From: Blepharisma stoltei ATCC 30299
Taxonomy: Eukaryota; Protista; Ciliophora
Length of the DNA stretch: 64,000 nucleotides
Direction of reading: 5' to 3'
Assembly: GCA_965603825.1 (NCBI GenBank)
Contig: CBFDEM010000053.1
Coordinates: 868,001-932,000, forward strand
Below the pieces are notes generated by a model. The model ran no database searches and had not been told where the DNA came from. It saw nothing but the letters and a program-made list of their open reading frames with translations. The number at the start of each line of letters is the position of its first letter. Within the stretch, counting starts at the first letter, position 1. Shown here in pieces: positions 47,761-58,856 of this stretch. The position numbers were made by a program, and so were the translations under genes.

Positions 47761-48621
47761 ATGCTCAAAATATTGAGAAGAGGACTAAAAACATCCTTTG
47801 CAATCCCTTTAGGAACTGATTACAAGTTCAAAATTCTTCTACCAAATGGAAGTGAATGCTGGTTTACAGTAGATAATTCTCAAACCATTGAAGATGTCTT
47901 AAATGAAATTCAAACTGAAGATCCATCAATTGTCCAAAAAGACGCTGAAAACCCTAAAGTAACATTTAAAACTGCAATAGAAAAAGGTCCAGTAAAGACT
48001 AAAATTAATGGGGAAGAGTATGAGTTCAGAAAAAGTGAATTCCGAGAACTCAAGCCAAGCCAGCGAGAAATAGAAAATTTTGCGAATATCCTGGTTATGC
48101 ACAAGCCTACAAATAAGGCTGATTTAATAGAAGCTGCTAAGAAAAGTTTAAATTCAATTGGAAAGCAAACTTCATCGCAGCTTGCTTACTTGAAGAGCCA
48201 ACTGAAAGATATTGAAAAAGAAATCGCTCTATTAAATGATGAAAAGGCTAAAATTGATAAAAAAGTGAATTCGAGAGCCAACTTGATGATAAATTTAGGG
48301 TTTTTAATGTTTCTGTCTCAGTATTCCTTTTTTGTATACACTATTTATGGAGTTGAGTGGCTTGGCTGGGATCTTATGGAACCTATAACGTATACTGTCC
48401 AACAAGGGTTATTTATGTTTGGTGTTTTATATTTTTTAAAAACCAAAGAAAGCTGCAATTTAGACAATTTATTAGCACGATTCCAAAGCAAAAAAACTGA
48501 ATATTATACCAGAGCTTACGGATTTGACGCCAACCGATTGAAGTTTTTAGAAGAGGAGAAGCTGAAACTGCTTTCTTCAATAACCCTGCTTGAAAAGCGC
48601 TTATTTTATGATTTTAAATAA
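47761..48621 (+). CDS. MCU: Mitochondrial calcium uniporter pore subunit
   Basis: Presequence-like start, coiled coil, two TM helices flanking the WDLMEPITY selectivity filter. Confidence 0.92.
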   Translation: MLKILRRGLKTSFAIPLGTDYKFKILLPNGSECWFTVDNSQTIEDVLNEIQTEDPSIVQKDAENPKVTFKTAIEKGPVKTKINGEEYEFRKSEFRELKPSQREIENFANILVMHKPTNKADLIEAAKKSLNSIGKQTSSQLAYLKSQLKDIEKEIALLNDEKAKIDKKVNSRANLMINLGFLMFLSQYSFFVYTIYGVEWLGWDLMEPITYTVQQGLFMFGVLYFLKTKESCNLDNLLARFQSKKTEYYTRAYGFDANRLKFLEEEKLKLLSSITLLEKRLFYDFK

Positions 48622-48627
48622 TCTTTA

Positions 48628-50214
48628 TTAATCGTTAAATGCTTTTGGAATTGTTTTATTCCATAGCGAAATTTTCTCATTTCTTTTTTGCTCGTCCCAA
48701 GTGAAATCTACGATTTTTTCAATATTTTTATTAAGTTTTTGGATGTCGTCAAGGCTTCTATAGACTCCACAGCCTAGTCCAGCTGCAAAAGCGGCTCCAA
48801 GAGCAGTTAAATCTTTCTCAAAAGGAAGCTCAAGCTGCACTCCGAGAATATTTGCTTGGATTTCTAAAAATAAAACATTTTTAGTCATTCCGCCATCAAC
48901 ACAAAGTTTATTAAGCTTGTAAGGTGTATCAGAAAGCAAGGCATCTATAACTTCTTTAGTTCTAAAACAAATCCCTTCAAGCAATGCTCTCAAAATATGG
49001 GCTCGGGTTGTATGCTGTGTCAAGCCAATTATTACACCTCTTGCATCTGGCCTCCAATGAGGAGCGAACAAGCCGCTAAGTGCAGAGACACATACAACGC
49101 CATCAGAGTCCGCAACAGTACGGGCCTGTGCTTCTAGCTCTGCAAATGTCGAAAAAAGCCTCAATTTATTGAGTGCCCATTTAATTGCACTTCCAGCATT
49201 TTCCACAGATCCTTCCAGTGCATAATAAATCGGTCCATCTGGTCCAAACTTTCCATATACAGTAGTCAATAGTCCAGTCGAGCTTTGAATTATATCATTT
49301 CCAGTGCTCATTAACAAGAAGGCTCCAGTCCCATATGTATTTTTTGCTGATCCTGCTTCGACACATTGGTGTCCTAATAAAGCTGACTGTTGATCTCCAA
49401 GACTTCCACAGATAGGGATTCCTTCAAGATATCCTGATTTCATATACCCATACACCTCAGCAGAACTTACAATTTCTGGCAAAGCAGTAATTGGAATATC
49501 AAGTGCAGCCAATATCTCTTCATCCCAGAATCCTCGCAAATTCATTAGTAATGTTCTTGAGGCATTGCTTATGTCTGAAACATATCTTTTGCCTTTAGTT
49601 AAATTATAAATCATCCAGGTTTCTACTGTTCCGAATAAACAAGTGTTTTCAGACAAACTTTTTCTGACTGCTGAGTTATTTCGGATAAGCCACAAAATTT
49701 TTGAAGCAGAAAAGTAGGTGGAAATAGGAAGCCCTGTTTTTGATCTAAAATCAATTTTTAGGTTTTGAAGCTCGTGACAGATTTCAGCCGTGCGGGCATC
49801 ATCCCAAATTATTGCATTGTGGAAAGGTTTACCGGTTTCTTTATTTCATGCAATAATTGTTTCTCTTTGATTGCTAATGCCGATTCCTTTAAATAGAGTT
49901 TTAGGAATCCCTGCTTTTTGACAGGCTGTTTCTATGCATTTTAATGAAGCTTCAACATACTCTAAAGGGTTTTGCTCATGCTCTTCATGAGATGGGAAGT
50001 ATTGGGTCAAGTCAATGCTATGTGAAGCTATTTGTACACCTTTGGAGTTAAAAATCAGAAATCTTGTGGATCCTGTGCCGACATCAATAGCGCCAAGATA
50101 AGACTCTGATCCATCATAAGCAGGAGGGAGAGGCTTGCTAGTGCGTAATTTATATAAAAAGAAACCAATGGCAGCTGCAGCTGCACCACCTATCAGAATG
50201 GTATTTTTGTCCAT
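48628..50214 (-). CDS. GK: Glycerol kinase with N-terminal hydrophobic anchor
   Basis: AIDVGTGSTR, GISNQRETIIA(W), GDQQSAL, KNTYGTG, YALEG, GLFAPHW, VDGG; TGA=Trp at 49846. Confidence 0.93.
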
Positions 50215-50263
50215 ATTACAATGAAATCTACAACAAATTTTCTATATTAAAAATTTATCAATT

Positions 50264-51451
50264 TTATTTTAATTTTCCTGGTTTTTTTAATACATCATAA
50301 GAACTGATTTTGGGTCCGATTTCGACTTTTGGAATTAATGGGTCTTTACCAGGATTTGCTATTCGAGCTCTGCTTTTAGGCGATTGTGGCCTTTTGCTTG
50401 GAGCTGTAATTGGCCTTTTTATTTTGGAACTTGAGCTTTTATCGGCTGTTTTTTCTTTTATTTTTAGTCCGAAATTATTGGTCAGCTTTCCTGCCGGCGT
50501 TATTTGGACTTTTTTAGGAATCGGTTGATTATTAGGCATGTCAAAATATTCCCTTTTAGTTAGCTTCGTTTCTTCAGGAGCATACACTTGAGACAATTTA
50601 GCTCCTTTTGGTGCAAGATTGTCCTCGTTGTTCAAGGTTTGAGAATTGTATGAACTTGGATTATTTTCTCCTTTTTTTCCTTTTCGTTTAGGCTTTTCAG
50701 CGGCTTGGGATACTAAAGGTGCTCTAGCTTCTTTAGTGCTTCCTTTAATGCACGATTTCAAAATAACATAGCCATTCTCTATCGGATTTTTAACATTTGG
50801 CTGGATATCTACAGCTTTCCCAGACCAATTAATTCTCGGATCTCTTGGCCCTCCATCTCCGCTTGGCCTTGCCTCAACTGCAGCCCCTACTTGTGAGTTC
50901 AAGAAAGTATTTCTCAATATCAATTCTTCCACATCTTCAATTTCTTTTTCATTATCATTCCAATTTCTCGATCTTGGCCCTTCACCCTGTCTGACAAGTC
51001 TATTTTCAAATGCAGCTAATTGATTAACAAAATTTGGCTTTATATCTAAGTCTGGTCTCCTCGAGTAAAGAAATTCCAGCGCTTTATTTAAGCCTCACTT
51101 GTATCGTTTTATTAAATAAGCTGAAACAATGGCTGCGGATCTCGAAACTCCTCTGACAGAATGAACAAGTGTGCTTTCGCCTTCTTTTAAAGCTTGCTCT
51201 ATAAAGTTGTAAATCGCAGAAATATTTTTGTCGTTGGAGTCTAATAAGACTTGAGAGTCATGGTCAAGTCAAGAAAAAGAAATATATCGTACACCGATCG
51301 GCTCCCAATGATTTGGAACCTGTCGTGCCGCGCAGTTTATGATGTGAGTAACCTTGTTGGCTACAACGAATTCTAAGTCTTGAGCTGCAAATTCATCACC
51401 GATAAAAAGACCGTCTTTGACTTTAATAGCACCTATTAGTGTTGTTTCCAT
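50264..51451 (-). CDS. Dual-specificity phosphatase-like protein with catalytic Cys replaced by Ser (pseudophosphatase)
   Basis: GLFIGD, VTHIINCA, LVHSVRGVSRSA, YK(W)..AL, RRP..IKPNFVNQL; TGA=Trp. Confidence 0.87.
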
Positions 51452-51704
51452 ATTAAATGTAAAAAACCATAAAATTTGAAAATAGGTGAAGTTAAGTAGG
51501 AAGTTAGCAGATTTGTGCTGAAGAGATATAGGATTTAAAGTAATTAAAAGAAAAAAGTAAAAGATAAATAGAATTATAAAGAAGATAAAGAAATTTTATA
51601 TAATTTAAGCTAATTTTAAAAAAGTTAACAGATTTTGTTATGGTAGAAAAATTGAATTTTTGGCTCATATTAGCTTATAAGCAAAATATTGGGGTAAAGT
51701 GCAA

Positions 51705-51777
51705 TCCGAGATAGTATAGTGGTCAAGTATCCCTGCCTGTCACGCAGGGGACCCGGGTTCAATTCCCGGTCTCGGAG
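51705..51777 (+). tRNA. tRNA-Asp (GTC)
   Basis: Cloverleaf: acceptor TCCGAGA/TCTCGGA, anticodon stem CCTGC-CTGTCAC-GCAGG, T-arm GGTTCAATTCC. Confidence 0.96.
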
Positions 51778-51786
51778 TTTTTTTTT
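51778..51786 (+). terminator. Pol III terminator T-tract
   Basis: Run of T immediately after the tRNA. Confidence 0.8.
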
Positions 51787-51790
51787 GAAA

Positions 51791-54019
51791 ATGTCAGAGT
51801 TCTTTTACCAGCCATCTCCAAATCTTCCCAACATTATGACAATCAATTTTCGACCTCCAAAGCCAAAAAAGATCCTAAAGCCTGCACTTTTGCCAATTGA
51901 TCGCTCTGAGTCCAGCTTTAAAAATATTCAAAAAACAATTATTAAAAGAAATCAATCAGAATCATTTCTTCGAAAACCTATAAAAATCGTGCACTTAGAG
52001 TCCATCTCAATAGACGAGTCTTCTCCTCTACAAGAACCCAAAAAACTATCACAAAGTTTCGCTTATCCAAGCTATAAAACTAAAGAAATAAATACTTCTT
52101 TTCAAGAATCCAATAGTCATGAGCCAAAACAAATGCTACTTGACTTGGTCGCCCAAGAAAAAGAAACATTAAAAGTCCTTGAAAATCGATGCCATATCCT
52201 AGGGGAAATACAAAAAATTGTGGAAACAAGTTCTGTGTTTACAGAGCGTGACGGTGAAAAAATCATGAAATTAATTCAAGAAATCAGTGTAACTATTCTA
52301 GATGCATCAAACAGAGAAATCGAGCTAGGGCTAAAAAACCGTGAATTGGAACAGAAGAAGCTACAGCTTTCTTTAATTTCTCAAAAATACGAAGTTTTGC
52401 AGAAAAGGGCTCTAAATTCTGAAAGCGAGTTAAAAGATCTGAGAGGGAAAATCAAAAATTTAAATAAAGAAAATGCAAAGCAAGCAAAAGTGATTATGAC
52501 AGAAAAACAAAAATTTTATCGTAAATTTTAAATAGAAATTGCAGGGAAATTGCAAACATTAGAAGAAGGATTTTGGGCTATGACTGGAGATGTGAAAATA
52601 CAAAGCGAAGATGCGTGTGGAAAGCTAAAATCTGCTATAAATGCACTGATAAAAGATGGCCACGAGCATAGGAAAGAAATAGGTGAGCTGTAAGATTTAT
52701 TTAGAAAAAAAGAAAAAGAAATGCTTGAACAAACTATTAAAAGACTGTCAAGGAAAATTTCAAGGCTTACTGCCAAAATAAATGAAAATAAAATCAGAAA
52801 TTCCGAATATGAAAAACTCAATGAAGCAGGGGCTAAGTATTATTCTGGGTCGTATTCAAGAGAAATAAATCAGCCAAGAACTTTACCATTTAGAATAAAC
52901 TCTTTAACAGGCGACAATTATAGTTTCATGAATGAAATAATCGAGCATGGCATACAAGCTCTGCCTCAATTCATCAAAGATCCTGCTTCTTTGCCTTATT
53001 TAGAAATTTTGGTAGAAAAATTGTTAAATCTAAACGAATTTGTTGAACAATTTGGACTCTTGAAGAAAACTTTATCAGTACTTATTTCTAATGAAAGCTT
53101 GCCAGCTTTAATAGAAACCGCTGGAAAAGAAACTGCAGAGCTGCTTAACTCAGAAAGGTGCCACTACTGGCTTTATGAAAAAAACACCCACGAAATCTGG
53201 ACAATTGACTCTCACAGTAAAGAATATCGCTTTTCTGCTGACACTGATTTATTTACTTTATTTAAAGAAAATAAAAATTTTGTAAATTCTTATTCAAAAG
53301 AATTTGAAACAAATTATTCTCCCGAAATTCAAAAAGAAATGGGCTACAAAACAAACTCATTACTAGCTTATCCTATATTTAAAGATAAAGAAAACCTGAT
53401 AGGAATATTAGAAATAGTTAACCACCATCAACGAGTATTTGAGCATGATGACGAATATTTAGCTGAAATGATCATCCCTATTTTATCTGCTTTAACTTTA
53501 CAAATATGCTCAATGCAGCTAGAAACAATGATAAACAAAATTAAAAATAATCTCATCAAATGTGGGGTCGAGCTGATTAAAAGTAAAAATTTATGCGATT
53601 TTTTAGAAGTCTCAGAAAAGTGGCTATGCAAAATTTTTTCTGTGTCGACTGCAAGGGTTTGTATTAGATTGGAAAATTGCATTGTGAGGTCTGATAATGG
53701 AGAAAGAATTACTATGAGCTTAAATACTGGTATTTGTGGATGTGTTTTTGAAAAAAAAGTAAAGGAATACGTGGTGAACCCTTATAATGATTTAAGGTTT
53801 AATATACTCTCGGATATTCATGCTTCGTTTCCTATGAATTTTATACCAATATTAGGAGATGTTAATACAATTGCTGTATTTCAAATCCCAGAAAAGATAA
53901 AAGTATCAAGGCTCGACAGTTTGATGGAATTTGATTCAGAATTGAGTTCTCCTTTATCTTTATTTTCACAGCTATTCACTGAGGCACTTACAGATATTCT
54001 TCATAAGGAAAATAGTTAA
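51791..54019 (+). CDS. Coiled-coil plus tandem GAF-domain protein, two 15-nt introns
   Basis: ATG 51791; introns 52521-52535 and 52690-52704 restore the frame; GAF motifs GYKTNSLLAYPI..IGILEIVN..FEHDDE and NPYNDLRFN. Confidence 0.85.
52521..52535 (+). other. 15-nt spliceosomal intron GTAAATTTTAAATAG
   Basis: GT-AG, A at position 10, removes an in-frame TAA. Confidence 0.85.
52690..52704 (+). other. 15-nt spliceosomal intron GTAAGATTTATTTAG
   Basis: GT-AG, A at position 10, removes an in-frame TAA. Confidence 0.85.
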
Positions 54020-54129
54020 GGAATTATAAAATTTTTCAAAATTAAAATAATCATCAGAATTTAGCTATTTATTAATTATAATTAATTGAAAATATTTTCT
54101 CTATATCATATTATAACTGTTCAGAGTAT

Positions 54130-54774
54130 TTAGTTAATTGCAAGAGAAGCTGAAGAGTCTCCTGTTGCAGTCCTCACATGTGCCATTGAGAAAAAATGTA
54201 GCTTCTTTTTATTCAGCTGTATTCACTCTAATCCTCCTAAATTCATTCTCCTCACAACGTCTAAACAAAAAAATCCATGAAAGACCATACATAATGATAT
54301 AGCTGGACTCACAATAGAAACACTATCCCACAGCCCTAAATCAAAATTTGTTAAAATCTGCAGAATTGCCATTGGCAAGCTTTCAAATATTGATTGAATA
54401 ATCAGAAATGTTATGAAATCTTGCTTGATTCGGTCCCCAAAAACTTCTGTTTCCTTACAAAGAGTTATTTTATGGAGAAATGTTAGCATAAGTTTAAACT
54501 CAGCAATAATCATGTATATAGGAGCTCTAAATATAAAAGAAAATATAAAATTCAGTAAACCTAGATCTAAGTCTCCAAAAATCTGAGAAACTATTAAATA
54601 AAGCCAAAAATAGAATAAGTAAGATAAAGGCTGAATTACAATAAATGCAACCAAAGCATCGTAAGTTGTGGGGTCTTCAATTTTCCTTGTGTAGATTATA
54701 TCTGAAATTATATCAGCCCAGGATAAAGAAATCGAGAATAGAATGAAAATCAGGCGCTTGGAGTTGAAGTTCAT
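54130..54774 (-). CDS. Multi-pass membrane protein, XK-related-like
   Basis: ADIISD, SIFESLPMAILQ, SPAISL motifs. Ends at TAA 54130 if TGA 54223 is Trp. Confidence 0.65.
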
Positions 54775-55069
54775 GTATTTTCAATTTACAAATTCATATT
54801 GCTATATAATTAAAGTGTAATAATATTAAAAAGAAAGTTACTAAATGAATTAATAATCCCAAGAAAGTGTTTCAATATCCTATTTTCATTATAGAGACCT
54901 CTAGAATACCCCAATTCTTATTTCCATTAAATAATAAAATAGCCAAATCTTGAAATTTTTCATTGAGTTAGATACATGAGATTTTGTTTTCAAGACTATA
55001 ATAATCTTACTGCATGGAGTATAATATTAATTTTAACCACATTTATTTTTATAATACCCATATAAAATA

Positions 55070-56317
55070 TTATTTCTTTTGATGCTTTTTCGGAATCATA
55101 TCAGGAAGATCATTTATTATAGATCGATCATCAGTTTTAAATTGAGATTTTTCATTCTTTTTAGGAATTTGATTATATTTCTGTTCCTCTCTATCAGGTT
55201 TAGGTCTTTTCATTGGAATATTATTACCATTTATGATTTCATGAACTTTTTTTGCTTGCATCTCTGAGTCTGCGTCTTTCTTATTTTCTTTATTTTTTTC
55301 AAATTTCTGTTTTAAATTCTTATTTTCTATAACTTGATGGCTTAATGCTTTATTAAACATTCTTTCAATTTTTGCCATCAAATCTCCATGATTATTTTTT
55401 CTATTTACGAGTTCTATTAGCTCATCCTTGATAATAGCCAGCTCACTTTTATATTCTTCATCCTTTTTTCTGTTTATTTCACTGTTCTCTTCAAATATTT
55501 CTTCATTTGTTCTTTCTAAGTCCCCTTTTGCTATTTGCAGATCTTCTATTATTTTATCTTTTTCTTTAATTGCTTCATCTTTTTTCTTAATTTCATTCAT
55601 ATAAGTCGATTCCATAAATTGAAGCCTATTTATCTGATGCCAATACTCTTCTTTTAGCTTTTCATATTTAGTTGCTATGCCTTTACCTGCAGTTTCTTCA
55701 GGGTTTAATCTAGCAGGAGAATTAGGCTCTGCCTTTAATTTTGTTTTTCATTTTTCTTCAAATTGTGATGCCATTGTGTTTATGGAGTAGTAATGAAAAA
55801 TTGTATTTTTACTTAAATAGTTTTCTATATCAGGAACTTTAAACATGCTTTGTAAGTTTGAAGATAAATTTACATTACCCTGTCCTAAGGAATAGTCTAC
55901 CAGCTTTTTGTAAAGATTTCTGTTGACTGTTTTAATTTCTGAACTGCGGTCGATAATTAATGATAAATCAGCTTTTACTTGATTGATGACTTCTAAAGTT
56001 GTCTTAAGTGCACTATCTATAGTAAGTTTTAGTTCTTTTTCAGAGATTGAGAAAAATTTCTCAATAACGCGAGCTTTTTCTTCTGATACTTTAGGGGAAA
56101 CTAGAACTTTTTCTTCTGATACTATAGGGGAAACTCGAGCTTTTTCTTCTGATACTTTAGGGGATAAGCGAATAATTTTGTGACTTCCCACATTACTCGT
56201 CATGCAGTGCCATTGTATATGCCCTTCGCAAATATAAATTGGAGGCTGTTCAATGTGTTCGCACTTAATTTCTGCGTCCTTTTGGCAATTTGGATAAGTA
56301 CAGTAATATGATTCCAT
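55070..56317 (-). CDS. B-box-like zinc finger plus coiled-coil protein
   Basis: CTYPNC..CEH..ICEGH..HC..H; TGA 55748=Trp joins two ORFs. Confidence 0.75.
56066..56164. repeat. Coding 33-bp tandem repeat, 3 copies (SPKVSEEKARV)
   Basis: Units at 56066-56098, 56099-56131 and 56132-56164 with few substitutions. Confidence 0.9.
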
Positions 56318-56685
56318 AAATTAAAATATTACTATTTGCAAGTATTATTAGCAATATATTAAAATAATTTTTTACATATAATTTAAGACCAAATCATTAA
56401 TGATTTTAGATATATATTTTCTTTTAAAATAAAGATAAATGAGAGAAATGATTTAAAACAAATATGAGTATATTATATTTAGACTATTTCTTTTGCAATG
56501 GCGACATTTGCAAATTTCTATATTTATAGAAAGCCAATCTACATAAATAATAATTTAAAAATTGCCACTGTTTTTTATAAATAATTCCAATAGGAATTGA
56601 TAAGCATTTTAGTATTTCTCTCTAATTATGTGGCGATTATTGATTTTTTTTTAATAAATTTTTATGAAAAGTCTTTTATTATATT

Positions 56686-58731
56686 TTAATTATTTTTACT
56701 TAAGTAATCTGTATTTTTTGAGTAATCACTTTCAAGTTTTTTAATTTTTGAATCTAATCCTTTTACATCTCTTTCAACTGATACCAGAGCTTCAAATAAG
56801 TTATTTAGAATATTTTCAACATCATCGCTTAATCCATAATCTTCAGATTCCTGAGACTTATTAATAAATTCAACTATCTCCAAGAATTTAGTTTCACTTT
56901 CTTTCATTTCATTACAAATTTCAGCTGTTTTTATATACACATTATCTTTATCTTCTCCACTAAATCTTGGATACATATAGCTTCCAGGTCCGCTCATAAC
57001 GCTATCTAACTGTTTCTCAATTGTATCTAGCGCTGAATTCAAATCTGCTTGCTCAGAAATAATTAAATCAATATTTTCATTGATACCCTGATGTGAGCTA
57101 TTTAAACTTTTCACAATGTCATTTAATGTAATTATCCCTTCTTGTGAGCTATACATTTTAGTTTCACAGTCAACCAACTTTTGTGTGAGGATTTTGAATT
57201 TTTTGTATTGGTTTTCTATTTCATTGTTTCATTCTTTAAATATATCGTCAATTCTTCGTCTGTTTAAGAGAGCTTTTTTGCTTTCGTCAAGAGTTCTTGT
57301 AGGAGCTTGTTGGAGAGGAGCTCCTGGAGGGTGGGAAACTGATGGCTGAGGTGTGGATAAGATAGGAGCATTTGAGACTGAAGGCTGAAAGAGAGAGGGA
57401 GAAGTGGAAGCTGGCTGTGAGGACTGGGGAAATAGGCTTGGCTGAGCAGGCTGTGGCTGAGTAGCTTGAGGAAATAGACTTTTAGCTGGCTGAGATGTTT
57501 GAGGGAGGGTTGATGCTGGAAAAAGACCAGGCTGAGATGTCTGAGGCTGAGTTGAAGGAGTAAATAAGCTAGGTCCAGCCTGAGAAGTAGCAGGGAATAT
57601 GCTATCTGTGTGCACCTTTTTCTGAGGCTGGTCATCAGTTTTAGGTCCAAATAAAGAAGGAGCAGTCTGTGGTGCTGTCTGTGTTGGCTGTGGGTTAACA
57701 GTAGTCGGAAATAGAGAAGGAGTAGATGTTTGGGTTGCTGGCTGAGTAGGGAATAAAGGTTGAGATGAAGCTGGCTGAAATAGTGATGAAGCACCAGGAG
57801 GATTTATAAGTGAAGGAGCAGGAGCTGGCTGAGAAACTTGAGGAGTAAAAAGAGATTGAGTATTTGGCTGAGGCTGAGACATTGGTGGTACAATTGGGTT
57901 AGCTTGTTGAGGAAAAACAGTTTGTGGGAATAATGATGCAGGTTGTGGCTGTGGCTGCGTTACTGCTGTTGTTGGCTGAGGGAATCCAGGTGATGGCTGA
58001 GGAAATCCAGACTGAGCTTGAGGGAATATCCCTGTTTGGCTTGGAAATAGAGAATTTGTTGCTTGAGGTTGTGTCGATTGAGGTAGAACTGTGTTTTGAA
58101 AAGGACTTGGAGCAGGAAATCCTCCACCAGACTGAGGAAATGCCCCTCCTGGTTGTGGAAAGGCTGCTTTTTGTTGTGTTGGAAATAGCGGATTATTAAT
58201 CTGAGGCTGTGCATTCATTCCTGGAGTTGGATTGGCTTGAAAGCCAGTCTGCATCTGCGCTTGCTGCATAAATCCTGACTGTTGTGGCTGTTGGGTTTGA
58301 GGCCACTGAGAAGCTCCAGGCTGTCCTGTTTGCATAAAACCAGACTGAGCCGGGGTCTGATTAAACATACCTGGCTGCTGGGCAGATGGAAATCCTCCTG
58401 TTTGTTGCGGAAACATCGTCTGGGGCTGTCCAGGCTGAAATATGCTTGCTGTCTGGATTGGATTTGGAGCTGGCTGTTGAAAGCTTGGAGTTTGGGGCTG
58501 ATTAAATCCTGTCTGAGGTTGAGGAAAGCCTCCAGTCGGCTGAAATCCACCTGTTTGCTGAGGATTCTGAAATGAAGATTGTTGGGGAAATCCACTTACA
58601 GCTTGACTAAAGCCTCCAGGCGTTTGGGTAAAACCAGTAAATCCTTGCTGAGGGTTGCTAAATCCTGGGTTCATTCCTGCTTGAGTTTGTTGGAATAATG
58701 GCTGGCCTCCTTGAGTTGTTCTTTGAAACAT
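56686..58731 (-). CDS. Nup62/Nsp1-like nucleoporin with non-FG (GFP/SLFP/FQ) repeat domain
   Basis: About 480 aa of Phe-spaced Q/P/S/T low complexity, then an Nsp1_C-like coiled coil LNRRRIDDIFKE(W)KNEIENQYKKF..EQADLNSALDTIEKQL..ILNN. Confidence 0.75.
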
Positions 58732-58856
58732 TTCTTTTCTCGTAAATTATAAAAAACTATTTCCTATTTTTTCTATTTTGGCCTAAAAATTATTCAAAAA
58801 TTACCTTTAAAGCCTAAATAGTCATTCTTCCTCCCCAACAATTGTTATCAATAAAT

